The notes under the pieces were generated by a model. It did not search any database and was not told the origin of the DNA. It saw only the letters and a program-made list of their open reading frames with translations. This document shows, in pieces, positions 29,866 to 39,932 of a stretch of 64,000 nt of DNA. Source of the DNA: a virus; IMG/VR virus record IMGVR_UViG_3300031885_000008, positions 3,382-67,381 of that record, one strand, 5' to 3'. A program made the position numbers and the translations under genes. Within the stretch, counting starts at the first letter, position 1; every line of letters starts with the position of its first letter.

Positions 29866-30543
29866 CTAAGGAATCCCGAATTTTCCCCCCAGCTTCAACT
29901 GCAACGCGCCACAAATACGTCGGTCCAATCCAGGAAGCAACTGCTGAGCTGTCGGATGCATGAATGGCCTTTTCGGAATGAACGTTACCAAAACCCCACC
30001 TGGCTGAAAACTAGGCCTAGCCCCACTCATAGACGCACTTTTCCCAAAAACTTTAGCAAATGAAGCACGCATGAGACCGGCTTTGGATAAATTTCGCATT
30101 CGCCAAAAGAACCAACGAGCTTGCTTTGCGGTAATTGTCTGGATAATGATCCGTCCGTATTCATGTAATCGTGCGACTTTACCAGCGTCGGCGTCAACAA
30201 CCCCTGCAAAAAACTCCATCTGTGCAAGGCGAAGCGCACGTATCGATCTAAGCAGCTTCCTCGTCTGAATTAGAACCTTTTTGCTGCGTTTGAACTCAAC
30301 TGTGAGCGGCTTTAAAGGGGTAAAGGCCTTCCCACCAGGAGCCTGTCCTTCGATCCCGCGTCGTAAAAACTCAGCCCAAATGTCCGCCTCATCCTTGAGA
30401 GCCGCATGCATTGCTCTGCGTAGCTTTCCTCCACCTCGAAAACCTGCCAAGTAAGCCCTAGCTAAGGTCCACCCAGGAGAAAGCTGCACATGAAACGATG
30501 TAAGAGGAGTTCCCGCTGGAGAGCTAGCAGACTGAATCGTCAT
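29866..30543 (-). CDS. Neck / virion morphogenesis protein
   Basis: Basic; LIQTRKLLRSI...ARLHEYG...IPKRPFM. Confidence 0.7.
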   Translation of the reverse strand: MTIQSASSPAGTPLTSFHVQLSPGWTLARAYLAGFRGGGKLRRAMHAALKDEADIWAEFLRRGIEGQAPGGKAFTPLKPLTVEFKRSKKVLIQTRKLLRSIRALRLAQMEFFAGVVDADAGKVARLHEYGRIIIQTITAKQARWFFWRMRNLSKAGLMRASFAKVFGKSASMSGARPSFQPGGVLVTFIPKRPFMHPTAQQLLPGLDRRICGALQLKLGGKFGIP

Positions 30544-31067
30544 TGCACAACCGACAACGTTCTAGCTTCAAACGATAGTCGCAATAAATTACGAGTCCCA
30601 CTTAGCCCATCCAGGCGCGGCTGCACCTCCACACAAAAAAGACCTGGAGGGTTTGGAATCGTTTGAATCAACGTACCGTTTTTGTTGTAGACGGCAGCCA
30701 GCCGATCGCTCAGCCTAAACGGAGTGGATCCGTCCGCTGAAACCATCCCCCGTTGCTCAAGCTCTTTGAAATGCACGTAACATCGAAGGCGCCCCGACGG
30801 AGAGTTTCCCGTCGCCATCATCGAAACCAAATCGAACGTGTCGTCCTCAAACTGAGCGAAAACTCGGACCAGCGTCTCAACACGTCGTACCACGCCACGA
30901 CTCGAGGCCCCTTCCTCCGCTGGAGGAACGATCACTGGTTCCCGGAAATCGTCGTCGTACCCTCGCGTCAACGGACCCGCCCCATCTGGATCCGCTGCAG
31001 TCGCGTCGGTGTCGAGCTGGGCTATCTCAATCTGCACTGGGAAAATGAGTCGGCCTCTCATCATCAC
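30540..31067 (-). CDS. Head-closure protein (putative)
   Basis: Position after adaptor; GYDDDFREP motif. Confidence 0.6.
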   Translation of the reverse strand: MMMRGRLIFPVQIEIAQLDTDATAADPDGAGPLTRGYDDDFREPVIVPPAEEGASSRGVVRRVETLVRVFAQFEDDTFDLVSMMATGNSPSGRLRCYVHFKELEQRGMVSADGSTPFRLSDRLAAVYNKNGTLIQTIPNPPGLFCVEVQPRLDGLSGTRNLLRLSFEARTLSVVQ

Positions 31068-32050
31068 ACCGCCCGAATCTGCGAAGGCCTTCGATACCTA
31101 GCGAGGATCGTATCGATCCTCGGGTCGCCGGTGAAGATGCCGATGACCGACCGCACCGTAGACCCCGCTGTCGGAACGAAAAACCCAACCTGCTGATCCC
31201 GGGTCTTGCGATAGGCCGTCTTCCACTCCGAAGCGACGTCCGCGGCATCCGGAGACGCTGCCCCGGCCAGCTCCCGAAGAGCAATGAGCTTGCACGCGTG
31301 ACGAATCATCAGTGGAATTTTCCCGGTCACGGTGCCGTCATAGTCGGTATACCCGAACGTACCGACAACACGCACATTCTGCTGACCCTGAGGAAACCAC
31401 CTACAACCAGTCCCGCCCACCGAAGCAAAGTCGTAGCCAAACGTCTGAAACAGCTCGATGCGAGGATTCTCCCTATCGTCTGGGTTCGTCAAACCCGTCA
31501 TGTGCCGGTTGTAGATGATCAAGTCGGTCAGGGCGATTTCAACTGTACCAACGTATACGTTGGAAATCTCGATGATGGGCTGCTCGAGATGGATGCTCCG
31601 CGCATTGCGGCCGTCTGCCAAAAAATCCAGACTCCTGGGCTCGAACCAACGCCCAGTGAACATCTCAATCTGTTGGCTCGCCAACGAAATCGCCATGCTT
31701 ACCCTGGCGTCAGAATACTGAGCTGCCGACACGCCTTCGTCACGAATGTCGGAAATCGTACAGTATTGGCCCTGGGCGCCTTCCGGCTGAATAGCCTCCG
31801 ACGACGAGCCTTCGGCTGCCGTCCCGGAATCATAGAAGGCAAACTTGTACCAGAAGGCGGGATCGCCACTCCCGTCGATGAATTCGTACAGCGTGACATC
31901 GACCACCAGCGTCAATCGCGTGCCAGGGCCGGTGACCTCGACGAACGGGCCAGCCTCATCCGTGATCGATCTGTAAACCTTGATCTCGTCGAACACCAAC
32001 ATCACGTTCGATAGTTCGTTGACGAGAATCCGAAGTTTGATGGCGGCCAC
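31064..32050 (-). CDS. Head-tail adaptor/connector
   Basis: YCTISDIR...ASQQIEMFTGRWF...P.MIRHAC...IDTILARYRR. Confidence 0.75.
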   Translation of the reverse strand: MAAIKLRILVNELSNVMLVFDEIKVYRSITDEAGPFVEVTGPGTRLTLVVDVTLYEFIDGSGDPAFWYKFAFYDSGTAAEGSSSEAIQPEGAQGQYCTISDIRDEGVSAAQYSDARVSMAISLASQQIEMFTGRWFEPRSLDFLADGRNARSIHLEQPIIEISNVYVGTVEIALTDLIIYNRHMTGLTNPDDRENPRIELFQTFGYDFASVGGTGCRWFPQGQQNVRVVGTFGYTDYDGTVTGKIPLMIRHACKLIALRELAGAASPDAADVASEWKTAYRKTRDQQVGFFVPTAGSTVRSVIGIFTGDPRIDTILARYRRPSQIRAV

Positions 32051-32052
32051 CG

Positions 32053-32502
32053 TTAGACCTCCTCCGCGCTCAGAGGCCGGGGCACCAAGTCAAGAGCGTG
32101 CGCCGGCATCGGTATCAGATTGATAGCGCGAACAGGCTCAGGTGTCGAACCTGCCACATCCAAATTTTCACCGATCACCGCTCTCGGCAACAAATTCACC
32201 GCCGACCCTGCCACGGGTTCCAGTACAAGAGCCATGTACAGCTCGGGCGCCACAGGGAATGCAACGGCCGTTGACCCACGTTCCTGGTAGTAGAAATGTA
32301 CCCGAGAATTGGTAAGGGGAGCCCGCTTCATGCGGACGGAATTCCCGCCTAGCTCTATCGGCCCGTCGTCATCCGACTTTCGAATGAGCTGACCATCAAG
32401 GTACGCCCACAGAGACCCAGGATAGTAAGGGCTGAACGTCGTGAAATCGGTATTCACGCCGTCGATGCTTCCGGCCGCCTCGCATAGGATTGGATCGCTC
32501 AA
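32053..32502 (-). CDS. Virion protein (small beta domain)
   Basis: N-terminal domain paralogous to 32499..32732. Confidence 0.65.
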   Translation of the reverse strand: MSDPILCEAAGSIDGVNTDFTTFSPYYPGSLWAYLDGQLIRKSDDDGPIELGGNSVRMKRAPLTNSRVHFYYQERGSTAVAFPVAPELYMALVLEPVAGSAVNLLPRAVIGENLDVAGSTPEPVRAINLIPMPAHALDLVPRPLSAEEV

Positions 32503-32732
32503 GCTTCGAGATACCTCACGGTCAACGTATCACCAACACGCCATGGGATGCGAGTTTCAAATTCCCGTTCCCCAATTTCTAGCCATCCGTCATCGTCGCT
32601 CGCCAAAATGAGAGTTCCGTTACGAAATACAAACAACGACTCACTCTGAAACACATACTCGGTTGTGAACGTAACGTTGGAGCCGTCAACAGGCTCTGTA
32701 GGACTCTCAAAGTGCTCATCACCGATAGCCAC
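32499..32732 (-). CDS. Virion protein (small beta domain)
   Basis: DGSNVTFTT...SLFVFRNG...SDDDG. Confidence 0.65.
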   Translation of the reverse strand: MAIGDEHFESPTEPVDGSNVTFTTEYVFQSESLFVFRNGTLILASDDDGWLEIGEREFETRIPWRVGDTLTVRYLEA

Positions 32733-32733
32733 G

Positions 32734-33042
32734 CTACTTACCGTTTCTTCCAGATGAAGTTTTCTGGAGCCTATCGTAGGACATTACGCCACAAAGACGC
32801 CCGCGTTCTCTACACAATCCGGTCAACTCAGCGAGGGCGACCCCCTGATGTACCTGAGCGTCTCGAATTAGCTCAATCGATGCGTGCATACGGTCTACAT
32901 CAGAACGCAGGGCTAATATCTCAGCCAACATCTGATCTGAAATGTTGACAACTGATGTGACACCATTGGTATCGTCATCATCTTGTACTTCCTCAAGCGA
33001 CGCGAGTTCTTCGTCAGAGGAACTCTTCGAATATGAGTCCAT
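32734..33042 (-). CDS. Coiled-coil hypothetical protein
   Basis: RBS, operon packing. Confidence 0.55.
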   Translation of the reverse strand: MDSYSKSSSDEELASLEEVQDDDDTNGVTSVVNISDQMLAEILALRSDVDRMHASIELIRDAQVHQGVALAELTGLCRERGRLCGVMSYDRLQKTSSGRNGK

Positions 33043-33062
33043 GAAAATCCCCCGTAATAGAC

Positions 33063-33752
33063 CTATTCATTGGGATCCACTGGATTAGCTCTTGGAGGAA
33101 AGATCTGTCCCAAGGTTGGACGCGAAACCGGAGCGTGTAATCTGTCAAATCGTTCCATTATTTGAACTTGATCTCGTTGCCGTTGGCTCGCTTCCAATTC
33201 CAGAGTTTTAGCCATTTGGGCCACGTACCAAATAGCACCTCCTACCGCTCCAAGAAACGCAATCAGAACACCTACAATATAAAAAATCAACTCGCGTCGT
33301 CGGCCTGCATTCCGTGCGATATTCTGACTCAAATGCATTATAGCCGTATCAGACGCAGAAAGTCGCTCTCGCACAGCAACAACTTCATTCGAGAATGTCG
33401 ACAACGTTTGAGCCTGATTTCGTAATAGCGTAACAAGATCAATAACGGGTTTCTCTTGAACACACACATGTGGTGCAGATACAGCAGATTCCATACGTGC
33501 CAAACGGCCATCCAACGACTCGACAGCCACAGTGCAACGCGCTGATTGAATTTGCGCATCATGGGTGTTATCTTGCATCTCTGGAATTACTCCGTCCAAC
33601 GCCTCGGCGACGGCCGCCACGCGATTGACGGCAGCCGCAATACGCACAATCTGCTCCCAGGCCTGCCCCCAATCCTCAATTGGAGTTATGGCGGGCGGAG
33701 GCGTAAGTGTAAGCCGACGCCGACTAGGAATTCTGCTTGTACGGTCGGTCAC
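33063..33752 (-). CDS. Coiled-coil protein with one transmembrane helix
   Basis: LIFYIVGVLIAFLGAVGGAIWYVA. Confidence 0.65.
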   Translation of the reverse strand: MTDRTSRIPSRRRLTLTPPPAITPIEDWGQAWEQIVRIAAAVNRVAAVAEALDGVIPEMQDNTHDAQIQSARCTVAVESLDGRLARMESAVSAPHVCVQEKPVIDLVTLLRNQAQTLSTFSNEVVAVRERLSASDTAIMHLSQNIARNAGRRRELIFYIVGVLIAFLGAVGGAIWYVAQMAKTLELEASQRQRDQVQIMERFDRLHAPVSRPTLGQIFPPRANPVDPNE

Positions 33753-33775
33753 CCCCTAATTTTAGCAGATGACCG

Positions 33776-35000
33776 GTCAACTACCATCGCCTAAAGGCAA
33801 CAGCTTGTAACTGAAGGAGAACGAAAAGCGTGCCCACTCGCTACCATTGGCTGGTTGACAGCAGCCCTGGCTCTCGAACGGATGTTCAAGGCCGCGATGT
33901 GGTCTGCGAGGCCAGCGAGCCCGCACGACCGACAGAGGAACTCGGCTTGAGACTTTCGATTGGCCTTTTCGACATGCCCACACGATGGGCATTCTCGGCT
34001 GGTGTTGCGCGGGTCGACGAAGGCCACAGGAACACCAGAAAGCCGGGCCTTGTACGAGACGAACATGCGGAGCTGAAAGAACGACCAGTTCGACAGGCGT
34101 GCCCGCTGGCGCTTCCGAGCCGTTACCCGTTCGCGAATGCCTTTGAGATTTTCGAGGGCAATACCGCGACCGGTGCGTTGAGCGTTCGACACGAGTGTCT
34201 TGCTGATCTTGTGGTTGATGTCCTTTTGATAGCGAGCTTGCTTGCCGCTGACCTTCAACAACTTGCGTGTGGCAGACCGCGTGCACTTGCGCTGAAGATT
34301 GCGCCTGCGATGGGCGGACTTGCGGCGGTTCTTTTCGACGGCAGCTCCCGAGTAGACGTTCCCATCGCTATCCGTGGCAATGTTGATGATGCCAAGGTCG
34401 ACACCAAGCACGTCCGTGGTCTTGATCAACTCTGGATCGTCAACCTCGCAAACAGCCGACAGATAGAATATGCCGCGGACAAAGAGAAGATCGGTTTCGC
34501 CCTTGCGTCGCGCGAGCAGCGCACGCTGACGCTCTCCGCAGGTGAACGGCACGACTTGACGCCCATCGACAGTCCAGATCGAGACGCGATCGTCGGATTT
34601 GAAGCGCAGGATACGGTCGTCGTAGGCGAGAGCGCCCTGAGGACGGAAGGTGCGTCGGGCCTTTCGGTCGAGTTTGTAGGCGTCGGCAACCTTTTTGATG
34701 CATTGCACGACGACCTGGGCTGTGAGCCCGGAGCTGGTTCGTACGCCGTGATAAACGAGCTTGTGCAAAGCATACTGTCCGAAAACGTGCTGGTCCCAAG
34801 CGATCGTGCTGATCTCGTTGCAGATCGCGTTGGCCTGTTCGAGCGTGCGCTTCAGGGTCGTATGCTGCTCCTTGGTCGGCTTGAGCTTGAGATTGACGAC
34901 GAGCCGCATGGTTTTAGCTTGTGTTTAGACGAGCGATTTGTCAAGAATAGAAAGGAGACGGGCACTTCCTCCGCCAGCTAAAGTAGGTGGATTCCGTGCC
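33776..35000 (-). mobile_element. IS605/IS1341-type tnpB-only element 2
   Basis: Left end GGCAC-GGAA-hairpin(TTTA loop)-GGAA-GTGCC; right end CTGTTGCC-TTTA-GGCGATGG-TAGTTGAC; left boundary approximate. Confidence 0.8.
33791..34909 (-). CDS. tnpB: RNA-guided endonuclease TnpB
   Basis: GVDLG / ALENL / ADHIAALNI; CPSC...CRSC. Confidence 0.93.
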   Translation of the reverse strand: MRLVVNLKLKPTKEQHTTLKRTLEQANAICNEISTIAWDQHVFGQYALHKLVYHGVRTSSGLTAQVVVQCIKKVADAYKLDRKARRTFRPQGALAYDDRILRFKSDDRVSIWTVDGRQVVPFTCGERQRALLARRKGETDLLFVRGIFYLSAVCEVDDPELIKTTDVLGVDLGIINIATDSDGNVYSGAAVEKNRRKSAHRRRNLQRKCTRSATRKLLKVSGKQARYQKDINHKISKTLVSNAQRTGRGIALENLKGIRERVTARKRQRARLSNWSFFQLRMFVSYKARLSGVPVAFVDPRNTSRECPSCGHVEKANRKSQAEFLCRSCGLAGLADHIAALNIRSRARAAVNQPMVASGHAFRSPSVTSCCL

Positions 35001-35127
35001 GAGGAGACTATTTGAGCAATATCTAGTTGTGCTGGATTCCGCCTAGAACCAAATACAAGCTGTTCAGGCTAAGGTACGGTGACTGATGCTGTTCGCGACG
35101 AGGACGCGGACTTCCCCAAAATCCAGT

Positions 35128-35361
35128 CTACTTAAGCGGTGGCGGGTTCCCCGTATGAGTGTTGACGATTGAAAGAAGCAGTGTGACATCGGCTTCTGAC
35201 AATAGCGCACTGAAAAACAGCATGCAGGCATCGCTGATTACGTTCATGTACTCATAGGAAGCAGACAAGATATTTGTCTGAATCGAATCCTCCAGAGTCT
35301 CTGGGCAGATCCGATGGTTTGGAAAATCCGTTGCTATGCTGTAGACGTACGACTGGGACAT
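35128..35361 (-). CDS. Small virion protein (hypothetical)
   Basis: Start MSQSY overlaps upstream stop. Confidence 0.55.
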   Translation of the reverse strand: MSQSYVYSIATDFPNHRICPETLEDSIQTNILSASYEYMNVISDACMLFFSALLSEADVTLLLSIVNTHTGNPPPLK

Positions 35362-36035
35362 TAGGAAACCCTCCATATAGTGATGTAGGCTGAAAGCATG
35401 ATTACGTTTCCATTACCGCTAGCTTTGAAAATATCAAAGTCTATGTTATGTGTACCAGCGGTCAAAGTTACTGTACGAACGCCTATGAGTTGAGAGCTAC
35501 CCCCAACGTACGCCACAGGCCCAACAAACCGAGCAAAGGTTGTAGTGTCGTCAATCTGTACCCTGGCGTCAGTCACGTTTCCAGCGTTCGAGCAGTCGAG
35601 GTTAGCGAGCGAAACGAGAAAATAGTTACCCGCAGGGACTGAGGTAGTCGTATATCTGTAGACCTGTTGGTAAGTCCCCGCTGAGGTAGAAAATGGAGTC
35701 GTGTACTCGCCAGATTGCAAGTTTGGCGGGTAGGCTTCGACGTAATCAACTAAAGCTATTCCCCCAGCACCATCTGTCTGAAATGTCTTGTTTGCTGGAG
35801 CAGCCCCACTCGATAGAGACTGCGCTGTCAGCGCATCTGATTGACTTTTGTTATGTGTCGAAGCGTGGGGAGATACAAAAGTCTTTGGGTTGAATACTTC
35901 CGTACCATCTTTGAAACGAAACGACCCAGAGACGTACCTCATCCCTCCAACAACAGTAGGATCTGAATCCCCTCCAAGGATGATTCCTTCGTCCTCTTGA
36001 AGCTCTCCTGGAGTCCTGTCTGGGGTCCGAGTCAT
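35361..36035 (-). CDS. Virion fibre/decoration-like protein
   Basis: Thr/Ser/Gly-rich; C-terminal LTAGTHNIDF beta-sandwich. Confidence 0.65.
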   Translation of the reverse strand: MTRTPDRTPGELQEDEGIILGGDSDPTVVGGMRYVSGSFRFKDGTEVFNPKTFVSPHASTHNKSQSDALTAQSLSSGAAPANKTFQTDGAGGIALVDYVEAYPPNLQSGEYTTPFSTSAGTYQQVYRYTTTSVPAGNYFLVSLANLDCSNAGNVTDARVQIDDTTTFARFVGPVAYVGGSSQLIGVRTVTLTAGTHNIDFDIFKASGNGNVIMLSAYITIWRVS

Positions 36036-36866
36036 CTACCTACGTCTCCCACGCTTCCCGCCAAACTGTACCACCTTCTGAACCGACACGCTCGGCTGAG
36101 CAATCGAAGCGGGGCTGTCAACTTGCTCCACGTGCTCCGTCATGAATTCATTCTTTGAAACAGCCTCAACGATTTGCTCTACCAGGGATACTTCTGTTGT
36201 CTCTTCGGCAGGCTTCTCACACGAATCTGCAGCCGCTACTATGCTGTCAGAAATACATGAATTGGAAACACTCACTTCAACGTTTTCCTCTAGCGGATCT
36301 GCTGGAGTGCTTACCTCTGCATTGACGACACCACCACCTACGGTCGGCATCACAACTTCTTTCGCGTTCACTGGTATATCCTCAGACTGAACGCTAGAGG
36401 CGACATCCTCTCCCTTCCCTCTTAAAGCTCGCTCGGCATCCATCTCAACTTTCTGCCGAATCTTCCTACTCTCTTCGTTCAACTTGTTTGCCAGCAGCTT
36501 TGAAACAAGATCGACCTGCTTCTGAACAGCTCGAGATTCCCCCTTGAGCATCACGTATTCGGTAGCCGCGTTGGAATGATACGTCTCAATGAGTCGCTTG
36601 GCCTTGAGCACAATATCCCTGCGAGCCATCGCTTCTGCCCCGTCGACGTTCCCAGCTTCGGCCTCACTCCTCACTTCTGCAATTATGCCGTTCATCTGGG
36701 CACTCAAGGTTTTGCACGCTTCTTGTTTGCCAAGCTCTACCGGCATTTGCTCTCGCAGCAGCAAGTCCGATGACTTCTTGACGTGCTCTACCACAGCCTT
36801 CAGAGCCTGCGTATAGCCGAAAATCATTGGGTCTGCCTGGATCACATCGATGGGAACGTCCGACAT
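36036..36866 (-). CDS. Helical protein with acidic disordered tail
   Basis: GGAGG RBS; start MSDVPI. Confidence 0.65.
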   Translation of the reverse strand: MSDVPIDVIQADPMIFGYTQALKAVVEHVKKSSDLLLREQMPVELGKQEACKTLSAQMNGIIAEVRSEAEAGNVDGAEAMARRDIVLKAKRLIETYHSNAATEYVMLKGESRAVQKQVDLVSKLLANKLNEESRKIRQKVEMDAERALRGKGEDVASSVQSEDIPVNAKEVVMPTVGGGVVNAEVSTPADPLEENVEVSVSNSCISDSIVAAADSCEKPAEETTEVSLVEQIVEAVSKNEFMTEHVEQVDSPASIAQPSVSVQKVVQFGGKRGRRR

Positions 36867-36926
36867 GGTTGCCTCCTCCACGTGCAGACGATACCACGGG
36901 CATGTTTTGATGGGAAAGAACTAGGT

Positions 36927-38774
36927 TCACGTCGTCGAGAATTGAAGCGCGATGAACACGTCCCCGGCCTTCACGCCTCCAGGATGGTCCACCATGATGT
37001 CTCCGTTTGCGGGTGTCGTGCCCACGTAAACCTCATTCATGTCAGTTCCGTTCCCACCAAGCGCAAGACCTCGGTTCCAGAAAACAAGCGTGTCCACCCC
37101 AGACGGAGTGTTCATGTCGAGGCTGTGCGGGGAGGCCAGACTGATACCCCCAGTACCCGCAGGAATGTTTGTGTTGCGAGCGATGGGAGCTGGACACACA
37201 TGCACGCCCAAATTGAACGTCCCGTGCTCAATGGCGTACTTGATGGCGGCAGAAACTGATGCGAAGGTCTGTCCTGCCAAGGCTGAAATCGGACCCGCTG
37301 TGGCGTCGTCGAGGGGAAGCGCGGTCTGCCGGGTCGTCACGAACTCCAAATCCGTTGCGGCCGACAGCGTCAAATCCCCGGAAGCGGTAGAGACCGTTCC
37401 GGCGGCGCTTCCAACGGTCACGCCATTCCACGTCGCATCGTAGGTCGAGCCGTCCACGTCACCCAGTATCGTGACGCCGCCGGGGGCGAGCATTCGGATG
37501 GCGTCACCACCAGTGGTCGCCTTGGCTACCACCGCGAAAATCTCATCCGTCCCGGTCGAGTCGCGCACTTCAAACAGGCGACCGTCCGTCAGGCGGAAAT
37601 CAACATCGGTGGAGTCGACGTTGACCAGCGACCCGCCATCGTAGGCGGTGTCCAACGTGACGGAAATCGCGGACGCACTGAGATCCACCAGAACGGTGTC
37701 TCGTCGGAAATCACCCTGGGACCACAGATGCAGGGACTCGCGATCGGGATAGGAGTAGTTGATTGACAGTCCCTGCACGTCCGCTGCGGGGCACAGCTCA
37801 AGGTCGTCGTACGTTGCGTTCGGTCGCACGAACGTGAGCTGAAGCTGATTCGTGGCATCGTCGGGGGCAAGCCCGTCCGTGGCGGTCGACTCCGCCTGCA
37901 GCAGCGCGTAGACTTTGCGTGCGCTGGACGTCACAGGGTCTCCGGTGCTGCCATTGACGACCATGCAGATATTGTTGGGGGTCAGCGCATTGTCCCCGGT
38001 GATGTCCGTCAGGCTTGCTCGCCCAACCAACGTTGACAACTGAGCGCACACCATGCCGGAGGTCGTCGTGGCCAGCGAAATGTTCCTCGTCGCTGGAACA
38101 TCAGTTCCGGCCACCGACAGAACGACCATGTCTCCGGCACCGCCCGTCATACCAGTCACGGCCCAATCTGAATCTGCGATGGTCGACGAAATCGGAATGT
38201 TCCCGAAGGAGCCTTTGACGTCGTTCGTCAGGGTGAGCACTGGCGATCCGCCAGCCGCCGCTGTGATTGCCAGGGTCGGAGCCGCATTGATCGCCGCGCG
38301 AGTCGCCGCATGCACCGTCGCTGCGGAATCCCCAGCGGTGAAGACAACCGCACGCAGCGTCGGTGTTTCCACGACGCTAGCATTGCTGTCGTATTCAAAG
38401 GTCACAGCCGCGTTCACGCCGTCATTGAGGACGAACAATTCTCCGTCGATCAACTCAGCGCCGCTGACAACGGTCAGCGTTCCGCCAGCCGCCACTTCGG
38501 CCGGAATTGTGATGTCGTGCAGGAGCAGCCTGCTGCGAATGCGCTTCACGTCTGACAGCCACGTCCTGGCCGCCATGGTCGCGATGGACAGATCGGGCGC
38601 CGCCTCCCAAGTCGTCTCACCAGTGATGTCAGCGAGTTGCGAAGCGATGTAGTCAATGGTGTCCTGAAGACTGACGGCTGAAGCGTCGTGGCTCGTCGGG
38701 GTCCGGTTGTCCGTGATCCCTGAACCCAAAGTCCAGATATGGTCTTGCCTCATGCGGGTGAGCGTGCTTGCCAT
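36927..38774 (-). CDS. Large virion structural (head/neck fibre-like) protein
   Basis: GGAGG RBS; 615 aa, Ala/Thr/Asp-rich. Confidence 0.75.
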   Translation of the reverse strand: MASTLTRMRQDHIWTLGSGITDNRTPTSHDASAVSLQDTIDYIASQLADITGETTWEAAPDLSIATMAARTWLSDVKRIRSRLLLHDITIPAEVAAGGTLTVVSGAELIDGELFVLNDGVNAAVTFEYDSNASVVETPTLRAVVFTAGDSAATVHAATRAAINAAPTLAITAAAGGSPVLTLTNDVKGSFGNIPISSTIADSDWAVTGMTGGAGDMVVLSVAGTDVPATRNISLATTTSGMVCAQLSTLVGRASLTDITGDNALTPNNICMVVNGSTGDPVTSSARKVYALLQAESTATDGLAPDDATNQLQLTFVRPNATYDDLELCPAADVQGLSINYSYPDRESLHLWSQGDFRRDTVLVDLSASAISVTLDTAYDGGSLVNVDSTDVDFRLTDGRLFEVRDSTGTDEIFAVVAKATTGGDAIRMLAPGGVTILGDVDGSTYDATWNGVTVGSAAGTVSTASGDLTLSAATDLEFVTTRQTALPLDDATAGPISALAGQTFASVSAAIKYAIEHGTFNLGVHVCPAPIARNTNIPAGTGGISLASPHSLDMNTPSGVDTLVFWNRGLALGGNGTDMNEVYVGTTPANGDIMVDHPGGVKAGDVFIALQFSTT

Positions 38775-38840
38775 AGTTCCTCCGTTCTACAACGAGAGTA
38801 TCATGCCAAGCTCAAAATCAATCAGATCAATGCGCAGAGG

Positions 38841-38870
38841 GGGCGGCGTCGGGCGACGTCGGGAGGCGTC
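38841..38870. repeat. Three imperfect 10-bp direct repeats
   Basis: GGGCGGCGTC GGGCGACGTC GGGAGGCGTC. Confidence 0.6.
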
Positions 38871-38881
38871 GGACTGAAATT

Positions 38882-39460
38882 CTAGGCAACTCCCTTGAGA
38901 AGCTCAATCAATCCGGTCTTCTTCATTCGGTGATCGAATTCTATGTTCTTGGAGTCCGCCATGGAAATCAGCTCCTCCCTTGTCATGTGCTCAAGGTCAA
39001 ACGAAGGAGACACCTGAGGGGAGACGCCAGCCGACATCACGATATTCTGCATTGCAGGAACGAGATCCTGCGCCGCAGCTCGAGCCGCAGTGACATGATC
39101 GACTTCTTTTGCAGCAATTTTGCCAAAGGACGAGGCGATTTTCTCGCCCTCGTGCTTAGGCTGGGCCGAAGGCGCGACGGTCTTCGGCTGGAACATGTCG
39201 GCGAGCGCGGCCCCTGCCGGACCGGCCATTGCCATGGCCAGCTCCCGCCGATTGATCTCCCGCCACTCCTCCTCCGTCTCCGCGATCTGCATGTAGGGCG
39301 TACCAGTTCCCTGCTTCAGAGGACGTAGCATTTTCACATGTTCCGCCGCCAGTTGATACCAACGGCCTTCCTCAAACAACATCCCTCCAACCGTGAATCG
39401 ACGACACAAGGCCCCCTTTGCCACGTCGAAAGGTTGCAGCCGAATGTACAGCATACCCAT
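38882..39460 (-). CDS. Protein with C-terminal Rho-N/HeH-like domain
   Basis: DLEHMTREELISMA...MKKTGLIELL. Confidence 0.7.
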   Translation of the reverse strand: MGMLYIRLQPFDVAKGALCRRFTVGGMLFEEGRWYQLAAEHVKMLRPLKQGTGTPYMQIAETEEEWREINRRELAMAMAGPAGAALADMFQPKTVAPSAQPKHEGEKIASSFGKIAAKEVDHVTAARAAAQDLVPAMQNIVMSAGVSPQVSPSFDLEHMTREELISMADSKNIEFDHRMKKTGLIELLKGVA

Positions 39461-39518
39461 TGTCTCTCCTTATGCGAGGGACTAGCCCCTCGCCGCCTTC
39501 CCCGAGTTCGATAGGCCT

Positions 39519-39908
39519 CTAACCCTTTGTGGTTCGGATGGCCGTAGGCCGAGGTGCCATCAAAACTGCGGCAGCCGTCACCGCGTCGGTCGCGTTGAAC
39601 AACAGCGTAGCCACGCCAGCAGTGAATGTCACTCGAACGTAGCCCGCTGACGGAGCTGCCGTCGACTGCATGATTTTCGCACCGGCGGACGTGGCCGTGG
39701 TAGCCTCCACCGCAACGGGGACACCTGCTCGAGGCAGCGTCACCGTGTGTGAGGCAACCACGAGGCCGGTCGTCCACGCCGCAGCCACGCCCGCCAGGTC
39801 TCCGATGTCATCGGCCACGTCGCGCAGTGCTGTGGCCAAGCTTGGAGTCCCGTGACCGGGCTGCAACCCGACGCCGCCTTCTCCGAAAGTCGTCTTTATC
39901 GCGCTCAT
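39519..39908 (-). CDS. Head decoration-like protein
   Basis: Ala/Thr-rich; downstream of MCP. Confidence 0.6.
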   Translation of the reverse strand: MSAIKTTFGEGGVGLQPGHGTPSLATALRDVADDIGDLAGVAAAWTTGLVVASHTVTLPRAGVPVAVEATTATSAGAKIMQSTAAPSAGYVRVTFTAGVATLLFNATDAVTAAAVLMAPRPTAIRTTKG

Positions 39909-39932
39909 CGAAGCACCCTTTCCTTTCCTCGC

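Noticed and set aside
33830-34981. 383-aa + strand ORF, and similar long ORFs at 52029..53054 and 23168..23641
   Set aside because: Antisense shadows of tnpB genes; no motifs of their own
35005-35127. About 120-bp gap bounded by CTGGATT...AATCCAG, with an 11-bp match (TACAAGCTGTT) to the element 2 right end
   Set aside because: Matches are short and could be chance; no convincing internal structure or promoter
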